The notes below the pieces were generated by a model. It ran no database searches, was not told the DNA's origin, and saw only the letters and a program-made list of their open reading frames with translations. This document shows, piece by piece, positions 56,501 through 64,000 of a DNA stretch of 64,000 bases (positions are counted from its first letter, which is position 1; each line of letters starts with the position of its first letter). The stretch is from contig OZ244561.1 of the NCBI GenBank assembly GCA_965217585.1, positions 4,960,001 to 5,024,000 of the forward strand, written 5' to 3'. A program made the position numbers and the translations under genes. Source of the DNA: Candidatus Latescibacterota bacterium. Lineage in GTDB: Bacteria; Latescibacterota; UBA2968; UBA8231.

Positions 56501-59107
56501 CGGCACCCCGACCCGGGTATAGCCGTAGTCGAACTCGGGTTTCTGCAAGCCCACGTAGTGATCGTATGGGTCAATGGGCAGCCGGTTCCGCCGGTGGTTG
56601 GGGCGGCCTCCTTTTTCCAGCACTTTGGCGGCGAGCACGGCCTGGAGGGCCGAGGGCGCATTGACGAGGGGCGGGAGGGTCCACTCGACATGGGCACTCC
56701 CCTTGGCGTCGAGCCGGCCTTTGAAGAGTACGGCCTCCACGGGCTGGTAGTCGATCAGTTCGTTGGTGAAGATGAATGCTTGGTAGTGCGGGAAGGTTTT
56801 GGGGGCGCTGCGCAAGGTAACAGACAACTCCGCTTCCAGTCCGGCGGCCGGACTGCCGAAGAGGTAGGTGCTGTGCAGGTCCGCGCTCAGGATCTCGTCT
56901 TGGCGGCCCAAGCGCTCTTTGGCGGTGGCGATTTCGGTCTTGAGCCGGTAGGGGACCACGGTCTCGATTTTCAGCACGTGATCGAAGGAGCTATCGCCGA
57001 TCAGGATTTGGGCGCGCCAATTGCCCGTGGGGTCTTCGGGGCGGGTGGCAAAGGCAAAGTTGTATAGCCCTTCTCGGCCCTGTCTTTGCACCTGTTCAAA
57101 GACCAGCTGATTCCTCGGGTTGAAGATCTTACAGGTGGCGGGATGGTCGTCGGGGAAGGTGTAGTCCTGGTGGCGGGCGATGACCGAGATGTTGATCTCG
57201 TCCCCGGGGCGGTACACGCCGCGTTCGGTGTAGATGAAGGCGCGAGTGCCCGGGCGCGACTCGGCACCGCCAATGTCAAAGCTCGACAGGTTCCAAGCCA
57301 TGTCGTTGGGTTTGATCACGCTGCGCTGCCCTTGGTGTTCGGCTGCGACGTAAAAGACCTCCTCGCCTACGTCCTCAAAACGCACCAGCCCCCGGTCGTC
57401 GGTGGTGCCCCTAGCCGCGACTTGGTTCTGATAGGTGCGCAGGCTGACCTCCACGCCGGGCAGGGGCTGGGCGTCGTCGATGCGGGTGGCGTACACTATG
57501 TGCTGGTCGTGGCCGCGCTTGTAGGTTAGGCCGATGTCGCTGACGATTAGGGCCTTGTAGGCTCGACCGTGGGCGCGGACATAATTAGGGGAATTGGGGT
57601 CTGAGTAATAAGTGTTCCTCCGACTGCGGTTGCGCTGCCTGTAGTGCTGGCGGACCTCGCTGGCGGCGCTGGTGGAGGAGCGATAGAGCATGTCGTCCTG
57701 GCCGAAGCTGATCCCGATCAGGAACAGGCCTCGTTCGCCGTCGGCAAGCAGAGCGCCGAGGTCCAGTTCGTGTTCCAGCCAAATGTTGCGCTGGTCGGAT
57801 ATTTCGAGCGTGTCGCGGGCTACCTGCACGCCAACGCGGCGCACGTAGTAATCTCGGAAGGAATCGCGCCGCTCTTTGCCGCTGTGCAGGCGTTCCATCT
57901 GCAAAAACTGCCCCAAGTTGGAGGCATAGACCTTCTTCACCTCCAGCACGACGCGGTGCAGATTGAGGGTGGCAAAGCGCAGCCGCTTGTCTTTGGACGA
58001 CGGCAGGAACATTCCGTCGCGGGCAAAGCGCAACTGCGGCTTGCGGTCGGCGAAATCGACCTCTCGGTGCGTGGCTTGCTCGGTGCGAGTGCCCCAGCGG
58101 CTGCGGATGCCAGCATGGACTTCCAATTCGTAGGTCTGGCCGTGGGCGAAGTCTCCATCGACGAGGATCTGTTTGCCCGTGGCCTTCAGGTGAACCGGCA
58201 CTTCGGGCCGCACTTGGACCAGCCCCGCGATATGCTGTCGCAGGTCCAATTCGTCGGAAAAGATCAGGATCAGGCGGGGGTAAGCGCCCTCTTCTTCCTT
58301 TTTTACCTCCTGCAAGCGCATGTCCTGCAGCGGGGCGAGGGGGATGTCCTGCTCGTATAGATGGGAGAGCTCTAGTTTTTCGTCGTCCACGGTCAGCGCA
58401 TAGCTCTGCTGGGTCGTATCTCTTTCGATGACGGCGCTGGTGAAGGTGAAGACCTTGCCGGCGGCGTCCGCCTGCCAAGTCAGCGGCAGCAGGGTCTCGC
58501 CTCGGCGCAGGGTCGTGGCCTCGCGCACCTTCTGCACAGCGGCTTTTTCGGTCAGTTCGAGGCGGCCTTGGTAGATTAGATAGCGGGGGTCGTTGGTGGT
58601 TTTTAGGTCGAAATCGCCTGCCAGTGAGAGGATTTCGCGCCCGGCGACCGCGAAGTCGAAGTGCAGGGGTTGCAGGTCAGCGTGCGCCGGTAGGAGAGCC
58701 GCAAGGTCTAGGCGGCCTTGGTATGACTGGCGCATGGGTAAGGGACGGTTGGGACGGAAGACTAGCGCTTGGGTTGTTTCCCATTGGGCGATGCCGTCTA
58801 TGGGTGGAGTAAAGGTGAATACCTGCTTCTTCAGGGTGTGGCCGACTAGACTGGCGTCGATGGCTGGTTCGACGAATCGGACTTTGATGACGTCTCCAGA
58901 TGACACGGTCCCCGACGTTACTGTACTGACCAGTTGGGCGGTTTCTGATGGGACGGTTTGCGGTAGATCCTCCACTGGCACTCGGGCGCAACCGAGCGCG
59001 AGGGCAGACAGCAGGACGAAGAGTTTGCAGAGATTATGATGCGATTGATTCAGGGGAACCGCTTGGTGCCGATTAGAGGTCAAAGGGACGATCCGTTTCG
59101 CGTGCAT
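53525..59107 (-). CDS. Bacterial alpha-2-macroglobulin (YfhM type), lipoprotein with thioester
   Basis: LALGC lipobox, [28 protein letters not shown] thioester, VEAMY; start uncertain. Confidence 0.94.
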   Translation of the reverse strand: MHAKRIVPLTSNRHQAVPLNQSHHNLCKLFVLLSALALGCARVPVEDLPQTVPSETAQLVSTVTSGTVSSGDVIKVRFVEPAIDASLVGHTLKKQVFTFTPPIDGIAQWETTQALVFRPNRPLPMRQSYQGRLDLAALLPAHADLQPLHFDFAVAGREILSLAGDFDLKTTNDPRYLIYQGRLELTEKAAVQKVREATTLRRGETLLPLTWQADAAGKVFTFTSAVIERDTTQQSYALTVDDEKLELSHLYEQDIPLAPLQDMRLQEVKKEEEGAYPRLILIFSDELDLRQHIAGLVQVRPEVPVHLKATGKQILVDGDFAHGQTYELEVHAGIRSRWGTRTEQATHREVDFADRKPQLRFARDGMFLPSSKDKRLRFATLNLHRVVLEVKKVYASNLGQFLQMERLHSGKERRDSFRDYYVRRVGVQVARDTLEISDQRNIWLEHELDLGALLADGERGLFLIGISFGQDDMLYRSSTSAASEVRQHYRQRNRSRRNTYYSDPNSPNYVRAHGRAYKALIVSDIGLTYKRGHDQHIVYATRIDDAQPLPGVEVSLRTYQNQVAARGTTDDRGLVRFEDVGEEVFYVAAEHQGQRSVIKPNDMAWNLSSFDIGGAESRPGTRAFIYTERGVYRPGDEINISVIARHQDYTFPDDHPATCKIFNPRNQLVFEQVQRQGREGLYNFAFATRPEDPTGNWRAQILIGDSSFDHVLKIETVVPYRLKTEIATAKERLGRQDEILSADLHSTYLFGSPAAGLEAELSVTLRSAPKTFPHYQAFIFTNELIDYQPVEAVLFKGRLDAKGSAHVEWTLPPLVNAPSALQAVLAAKVLEKGGRPNHRRNRLPIDPYDHYVGLQKPEFDYGYTRVGVPVQVPAIVTDVEGNPVAGRNLRYRVYRGTTHWWWEYENRAAFQRRFKSDRRTELISEQRIVSALTPIDLLFKPDDRGQYLIEVADGDDKGHTAAFFVRAYHWGRTPSGEDNEGALVLRTDRERYQPGDEAIIRFPVPQEGSVLFAVEQGGRVIESRWYRLDGTQEEARIPIAISAAMIPTAYASVSLIQPHAQTDNDRPMRLFGVVPIEVHDPATRLDFDIQMPDLLRPGDPFAVEVQSAADSAAFTIAVVDEGLLALTDFHTPNPSESFFQKQRLSVRTFDLFAHVIGVAKGDPFKTFAIGGGFAAEQRAQRDPRRRFPSVSMFAGPLRTNAAGHARVQFTMPNYVGAVRTMVVGARGKRFGHAEKTTQVKSDLMVLSTLPRVIGPSDRIEVPVTAFAMAESLGTVEVSIAVQGPLAVVGEARKRVNFAGVGERDLSFRLQADHAVGSATIVVEATAAEAHASRQTYLEVRPSSPPIYESTERGISPGESVSFTLPDKGMPGTNQARISVRRWPNFNFDNQMLRLVRYPYGCLEQTISSVFPQLYLKDLLDLTPEERRIVAADIDERINEAILRLRHFQLPDNSFSLWPGQRQTSAWGSIYAGHFLIEARSLGYHIPDDMLQGWLRHQQTQATLTRDSLKGRVYRVYLLALAGDPALGAMNLLKENSLGSMTNVEKWLLAAAYLHAGIGRTANEIARTTGVAVEEYRELANTYGSGLRDEALILDALLAFQRQDAADSLAKEVAHSINKGWHSTQTTSVALLALGKYVQALQQGSGPPTPLTGHIHLPGGEPVPFSTETLGYQMEITSGFGGNVEVRLDSANAVKRAFVALDWEGIPLRGVEQDEEGRIRLKVEWLDEDGMRIAPDTLAQGTTFWGHIRVENRSRQQVLEEVALTQLLPAGWEIENTRLSSKARPGWMKKWRLNAEEYLDIRDDRINWFFDLPRQGQALDFAVKLNAVTQGTFSLPPTQVEAMYDRDFRARKAGGTVVVGP

Positions 59108-59191
59108 GTCGATTCCTCTTTCGGAGACCATAAATATGTTGCTAAAATCGAATTGTGGACAATTCGCTTTATTAAAAAGTCTGGAGGGAAA

Positions 59192-59764
59192 ATGGTTCTC
59201 AGTGACCGCGTAATCAAGACGCTACTGGCAGAGGGCAAAATCGTCGTCGAGCCGCTGGGGGAGGGGTGCATTCAGCCCGCTAGCGTTGATGTTCATCTCG
59301 ACAAGCACATTCTCGTGTTTCGCAACTCGCGCCGCCCATTCATCGACGTGCGCGAGGACTTGAGCGACCTAACTGAAATGGAGGAGATCGGCGAGCAGCC
59401 GTTCATGCTGCATCCAGGCGAGTTCGTGCTGGGCAGCACCCTTGAGACGATAGAGTTGCCGGATGATCTGGTGGCGCGGCTTGAGGGCAAGAGTTCGTTG
59501 GGGCGCATCGGGCTGCTGATTCACTCGACCGCGGGGTATGTGGATCCCGGCTGGAAGGGCCATCTGACGCTGGAGCTGAGCAATGTGGCGAATCTGCCCA
59601 TCACGCTGTATCACGGCATGAAGATCGGGCAGCTCTCGTTCCTGCAGCTATCGACGCCGGCGGACAGTCCCTACGGTTCGCCGGGGCTGGGCAGCAAGTA
59701 CCAGGGGCAGACCGTGCCTACGGCTAGCCGCGCGTACCGGGATTTTGAGGACCGCAAAGATTAG
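59192..59764 (+). CDS. dcd: dCTP deaminase
   Basis: [37 protein letters not shown]....SKYQGQ; GGAGG RBS. Confidence 0.96.
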   Translation: MVLSDRVIKTLLAEGKIVVEPLGEGCIQPASVDVHLDKHILVFRNSRRPFIDVREDLSDLTEMEEIGEQPFMLHPGEFVLGSTLETIELPDDLVARLEGKSSLGRIGLLIHSTAGYVDPGWKGHLTLELSNVANLPITLYHGMKIGQLSFLQLSTPADSPYGSPGLGSKYQGQTVPTASRAYRDFEDRKD

Positions 59765-59912
59765 CGGGTGGAATGGGGCTGGAGGCGCTTGGAACCTAGG
59801 ACCAGCCAACTCGCTCGCCGACCGTGAGATAGGCTCGAATGGAAGGCCCATTATACTTCCTGTACTACATGCGCGTCTTTTGGAGGCTAACAATCTATCC
59901 GAGGAACTAAAT

Positions 59913-60806
59913 ATGGTACAAATAGCACCGCTAGATCGCTCTCATCTTCCCCAGGTATTGGAGCTTGTCAACAGTCATCTTAGCACCGTGATACCTGGGT
60001 GGAGCTTGACGCCCGATTACTTTTGGGAGCGCCTGAAGAGCAACTCGCAGGAATACATCACTGATCCTTGGGTTGTCGAAAGAAAGTCCATTGTTGGCAT
60101 AGTCAGGGATCGCGTTTGCGCGGCGGCGCATCTCCTCCGATACGGCGAAGACACGCACTATAAGGGAGTTGGAGAAATTGACTGGATCTTGTTCTGGCCC
60201 GGAGAGCGCGAAGCTGGCGTGGCGGTTCTGGCGGAGTGCCGGCGCCAGATGAACGCCTGGCAGGTAGTGGACGAGCAGATTTCGGGTCCCTTGCCGGTTC
60301 CTGCTTGCGTAGGAATACCGGATGTCTGGCCACACATAATCGGTCTGATAGAACAATTTGGCTATTCAGCGAATGAGGACGTTGACGAATCCGTCTATGG
60401 TGGCACGCTGAATGGGATTTCGGCTCCTGGTGAGCCGCCAGTAAGAGGTGTAACGATCCATCGCGATGTGGGGGATTTCAGTACGCGATTTGTCGCACGG
60501 CTCGATGGACGCGACATTGCGCACTGTGAATGTGTTTCAGACCTCACGGAAGGCGGTCAGTTGCCTGCATTGGCAGGATGGGCTGAGCTTTCAGAGGTCG
60601 AAACGAGCGAAACGATGCGAAATCAGGGAGTCGGTTCGTGGGTCGTCCGGCACGCCATCGAATGGCTACGGCTAGCTAAGTGCGAGCGGATCGTGCTGTC
60701 TGTTGCACGAGATGACGAAAAAGCAGGCGCAGGAAGGTTTTACAAGCGGTTTGGCTGGATGCCATTGGTGCGACAAAAGCACTGGCGAAGACAGAAAGAA
60801 AAATGA
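59913..60806 (+). CDS. GNAT family acetyltransferase (tandem-GNAT-like)
   Basis: RNQGVGS, AGRFYKRFGW; lower GC than flanks. Confidence 0.8.
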   Translation: MVQIAPLDRSHLPQVLELVNSHLSTVIPGWSLTPDYFWERLKSNSQEYITDPWVVERKSIVGIVRDRVCAAAHLLRYGEDTHYKGVGEIDWILFWPGEREAGVAVLAECRRQMNAWQVVDEQISGPLPVPACVGIPDVWPHIIGLIEQFGYSANEDVDESVYGGTLNGISAPGEPPVRGVTIHRDVGDFSTRFVARLDGRDIAHCECVSDLTEGGQLPALAGWAELSEVETSETMRNQGVGSWVVRHAIEWLRLAKCERIVLSVARDDEKAGAGRFYKRFGWMPLVRQKHWRRQKEK

Positions 60807-61000
60807 TGGTGAACTCGAGAGAATAAGATGGGAAATTGAGGTGACGAAAAAATAAGTCCCCTTCTAAACAAAAAGTGATCTGGGATCGTTTAATCGTTGA
60901 TGGGGATTGGAAGCGAATTTCATAATGTATGCGTATTTGACTAGGGCATTGCGTTTTGGCTGAGGTGTTGCGGATTGAGGTGCCGATTCGAAAGCGGTCT

Positions 61001-61522
61001 ATGAGCCTCGACGAAAGCAGGTTGATAGTACGCGCTAAGGAGGGAGACACCAATGCCTTTGCCGCGCTGTTGCGGCAGCACCAGGAGATGGCCCTGCGGG
61101 TGGCCTTCCAGATCGTCGGAGATTGGGACGATGCCGAGGACGTGTGCCAGGAGAGTTTTATCAAGGTGCACCGGCATCTGGGGCGCTATCAGGCGCGGCA
61201 CAAATTCTCGACGTGGCTCTATCGGATAGTGACCCATACCGCGATCGATTCGCTGCGGCGGCAGCAGCGTACGCATCGCGCCGAGTTGCCGGACGATGTA
61301 CCTGTTGCGTCAAGAGAGGAGGCGACGGATTGGCAATTGAGTCTGGAGAAGGTATTGAGCGAGTTGACGCCCAAACAGCGCAGTGCGTTCGTCCTGCGCG
61401 ACCTACAGGGGTTTCCGTTCGAGGAAGTGGCCGAGATACTTGATTGCAGCGGGATCACGGCACGGGTGCATCTGCACCAAGCGCGGAAACGGCTGCGCCA
61501 ACGATTGGAGAGCGAGCGATGA
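61001..61522 (+). CDS. ECF RNA polymerase sigma factor
   Basis: GD..AF..L, DAEDVCQESF, FSTWLYRI, L..KQR.AFVLRD..G...EEVA. Confidence 0.93.
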   Translation: MSLDESRLIVRAKEGDTNAFAALLRQHQEMALRVAFQIVGDWDDAEDVCQESFIKVHRHLGRYQARHKFSTWLYRIVTHTAIDSLRRQQRTHRAELPDDVPVASREEATDWQLSLEKVLSELTPKQRSAFVLRDLQGFPFEEVAEILDCSGITARVHLHQARKRLRQRLESER

Positions 61523-62148
61523 TTTGTCTCATAGTGAAGAGGCTGCTGCCCCTATACGCGGGGGGTGACTGGGGAAAGGGACTGATGGGCTGGACGGAGC
61601 GGCACCTGAGCCAGTGTCCGGGGTGCCTAGCCGAGTATGAGGCGTTGTGGGCTACACGCGACCAAGTGCGCGAGTTAGCGGCGCGGAACGCACCCCGACC
61701 GTCGGCAGACCTAGCAGGGCGGACAATTGCTCAACTAGCGACGGACGAGACGGAGATCAGGGGACGCTTTGCTTGGCCTGTCAAGATAGGGGTGGCGGCG
61801 GCGATAGCGACAGTAGTCGCGGGAGTGGGACTGTTGCGGGAAAGTGGGGAAAAGGGGACCGCACCGCTAGCTGATGCGCCTGTCGTGCAAGCCTTGCCAT
61901 CGACCGCTGCGCTCGATGAGGAAAATCCGGCAGCCGACTACGCCAGTCAATTCGAGGAACTGAGCCGCAGCCAAATCCGGTTGCTACTCAAGCGCCTAGA
62001 CCGCAAAAAAGACCTCAGCGACGCCGAACTGGAGCGCAAGTACCCCACGGTCGAATCCATTGCGTATCCGTCGGGCACCCAGGTTTTTCTGCACTTGGAG
62101 GATTCCAACACCGACGTCGTCTGGATTCTGCCCCACACTCTCTTGTAA
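61519..62148 (+). CDS. Zinc-finger (ZAS/zf-HC2) anti-sigma factor with TM helix
   Basis: C...LL.LY..G, HLSQCPGC, TM segment; ATGA coupling to the sigma gene. Confidence 0.85.
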   Translation: MICLIVKRLLPLYAGGDWGKGLMGWTERHLSQCPGCLAEYEALWATRDQVRELAARNAPRPSADLAGRTIAQLATDETEIRGRFAWPVKIGVAAAIATVVAGVGLLRESGEKGTAPLADAPVVQALPSTAALDEENPAADYASQFEELSRSQIRLLLKRLDRKKDLSDAELERKYPTVESIAYPSGTQVFLHLEDSNTDVVWILPHTLL

Positions 62149-62162
62149 AAGGAGATGATGCG

Positions 62163-62921
62163 ATGAACGCCAGAATTTTTATATGTGCTTTAATTACCGC
62201 AGTAGGCAGCAGTATCCTAATCGCTCCAGCTCAAGCGCAGGACGGGGAGCGCATTGAGGAGATCCTCCCCGCCATTGAGGAGATCCTCCCCACCGGAGTC
62301 GGACTCTTTGAGTTTCAAAGCATTACGCTCCAAGAATTCATTGGGATGATGAAAGTAATGGGTCTCAGAGCCAACACGGGTGAGTCGATCGGCGACCAGC
62401 ACTATATCCGCTTCGGGAGCGCGGAGGAGTTGGCGCGAGCGCGGGATATTTTGGCGCGGATTGATGTGCCGCTCAAGGACATCGCCCTGCACGTTCAATT
62501 GGTCCTGGCAACAGGCAATAAGATTGACGCAGTGAACCTCCCCGATGACGACGGAATACGCGGTCAGCTTAGAGAACTCTTCAAGTTTCCGCGCTATTAC
62601 ATCTTGAGCAGCAGCTACCTGATCGCCAGATCCGGCCAGCAGGTCGAGTCATATCTGGAGGGTGTGCAGCTAGACAAGAATATATATCCCCGTCACAAGA
62701 TGGAGGTTTTCAGCTTTTACGTAGAGCCTATTTTCATCGACGAGGGTCAGGGGGTAATTCGCGTGCATGACTTTTCCGTCGCACGCACAGCACCCGAACC
62801 GGCTCGCAGACTGCTGAAGACCACGCTCAACATCAAAAACGGCAACTCCATAATCGTCGGGGGATCCACTATCGACGAGCGTACTTACGTATTCATCGTC
62901 AAGGCCGAGGTGATGGAATAA
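62163..62921 (+). CDS. Exported hypothetical protein with secretin-like motifs
   Basis: Signal peptide; ARDILARIDVP...I.L.VQLV and TTLNIKNG.SIIVGG...VFIVKAEV. Confidence 0.55.
   Translation: MNARIFICALITAVGSSILIAPAQAQDGERIEEILPAIEEILPTGVGLFEFQSITLQEFIGMMKVMGLRANTGESIGDQHYIRFGSAEELARARDILARIDVPLKDIALHVQLVLATGNKIDAVNLPDDDGIRGQLRELFKFPRYYILSSSYLIARSGQQVESYLEGVQLDKNIYPRHKMEVFSFYVEPIFIDEGQGVIRVHDFSVARTAPEPARRLLKTTLNIKNGNSIIVGGSTIDERTYVFIVKAEVME
62252..62291. repeat. 21-bp-period in-frame tandem duplication (IEEILPA/IEEILPT)
   Basis: CATTGAGGAGATCCTCCCC at 62252 and 62273. Confidence 0.9.
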
Positions 62922-63006
62922 CACGCGCTGGGGCTGCCGAGGTCGCCGCCTTGCTTTGCGATAATAAGAGCTTGAGCCTATTGGGTAGATAGAGCCGTTG
63001 TCTCGC

Positions 63007-63348
63007 CTAGAGGCGCGGTGAATCTTGAGCTAGTTTTTGGGCCACTAAGGCGTTCATGCTAATACCGGCCCGCCCGGCCTCCATCGCCAACCGCCGATGC
63101 AGGCGTTTATCGATCCGCACATTGAATTGACCGCTGTATTCTTTCCGGGCAGGGGCAACCGGTACCGGCTCATTGTGCGCCCGGTAGCTTTCCTTGGCCG
63201 CTTCCCAAGCTACGGTCAGCTCTGCCAACGCTTCGGTTGGCGTATCGGCAAAGGACGAAATGCCGGGCATTTCTACTAAGTGCGCCAGCCAATCGCCGTC
63301 TTCATCTTGAAAGAGATTGACCGAAAAGCCGTCGAAGTTATCCGCCAT
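63007..63348 (-). CDS. hicB: HicB family antitoxin (RHH C-terminus)
   Basis: A...EMPG.S.F.DT..EAL, YSGQFNVRI...LH.RLA.EA...GISMN. Confidence 0.92.
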   Translation of the reverse strand: MADNFDGFSVNLFQDEDGDWLAHLVEMPGISSFADTPTEALAELTVAWEAAKESYRAHNEPVPVAPARKEYSGQFNVRIDKRLHRRLAMEAGRAGISMNALVAQKLAQDSPRL

Positions 63349-63583
63349 TGCTTTGTTCCTCCTCATAGTATTGCAAAAATTGCTCGACTTGATAGCCTTT
63401 GGCCCGGTTGCCCTTGGGCTGTATTGACAAGCGCACCCCTTGGGGCGAATACCAGATGCGGTGCGAGCCTCGTTGTCGGTCAAAGATCCAGCCACATTGT
63501 TTGAGCAAGGCTTCAAATTCATTGAAGCGCAACCCGTTGGAGTTGCGGATTGCTTTGTCGAGCAGCTTTTGCTGGCTGACCAT
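63338..63583 (-). CDS. hicA: HicA family toxin
   Basis: LRF.E...LL...GW...RQRGSH, IQP.G..AK.YQV.QFL. Confidence 0.92.
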   Translation of the reverse strand: MVSQQKLLDKAIRNSNGLRFNEFEALLKQCGWIFDRQRGSHRIWYSPQGVRLSIQPKGNRAKGYQVEQFLQYYEEEQSNGG

Positions 63584-63586
63584 GTA

Positions 63587-63619
63587 TGTAACTATATGTG
63601 GTTACAAAGAACAGCACAA
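63587..63619 (-). promoter_or_regulatory. hicAB promoter with inverted-repeat operator; leaderless
   Basis: TTGTGC-17-TATAGT-7 nt-ATG; IR TGTAAC-8-GTTACA over the -10. Confidence 0.72.
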
Positions 63620-63742
63620 GGGAGATATTCGACGGCCTGTGCTGGGTTGTGTCCTGCCAGCATTTTGACGGCGCTATAAGGCGCAGTATCTTCCTTGCAA
63701 AACTACGCTATTTTTCAATCATCCCCTAACCGGAGCCTCACT

Positions 63743-64000
63743 ATGACCGCGCCTATCGTCTTGGGATCCCGCCGCGAATTATTCGTCGATCACTTTCTCA
63801 TTGAACACCTCAATGGGGCCGCTCTGCACCTGCACCCGCCCGTCCGCCGCGAAGTGGTCTATCAAGTCTCCCAGCCTTGGGACAACGCCTGCACGGGCTG
63901 CTACAATCTCACTCAGGACGGGAGCCGTATTCTACTGTACTATCGGGGTTTCTATCCGATTGGCGCGGACTACGCCGACGGTGCGGCCAGCCAGACCACT
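63743..64000 (+). CDS. Hypothetical five-bladed-propeller glycosidase-like protein (5' part only)
   Basis: Read manually: GGAG RBS; MTAPIVLGSRRELFVDHFLIEHL.GA.L.LHPP.RREVV....QPW...ILLYYRG; open to window end. Confidence 0.65.
   Translation, partial: MTAPIVLGSRRELFVDHFLIEHLNGAALHLHPPVRREVVYQVSQPWDNACTGCYNLTQDGSRILLYYRGFYPIGADYADGAASQTT

Noticed and set aside
51205-59107. Alpha-2-macroglobulin with PBP1C as a novel system
   Set aside because: Well-known conserved pair (yfhM-pbpC) with a canonical CxEQ thioester.

Overview
GC-rich bacterial chromosomal window. A C-terminal FlgD-Ig/'secretion-system sorting'-type domain, three PhyH dioxygenases, three Gfo/Idh/MocA oxidoreductases and an ankyrin protein suggest an FCB-related lineage such as Latescibacterota/Gemmatimonadota, possibly host-associated; this is inference only. 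The core scaffold is a ybbA/ybbP-like ABC transporter, rplS-trmD-rimM-rpsP-ffh, rpe-PASTA-rsmB, recJ-apgM, an L,D-transpeptidase cluster, alpha-2-macroglobulin-pbpC and dcd. Accessory content includes an AAA_21 ATPase with an internally deleted DUF4276-like partner, a Type I R-M locus with an AbiE pair and a Fic gene nested between hsd genes, HicAB, secreted beta-propeller/transglutaminase proteins, and an ECF sigma/anti-sigma/mini-secretin-like triad. The most notable unannotated signal is that several accessory blocks are bracketed by degenerate direct repeats copied from the ends of neighbouring resident genes (two phyH 3' ends, plus the promoter and 5' end of a Gfo gene), with no integrase, transposase or tRNA in view. 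One copy forms a leaderless 22-aa Ile-rich uORF whose stop overlaps the start of an Nramp-family transporter. I recognised no rRNA, tRNA or CRISPR array.
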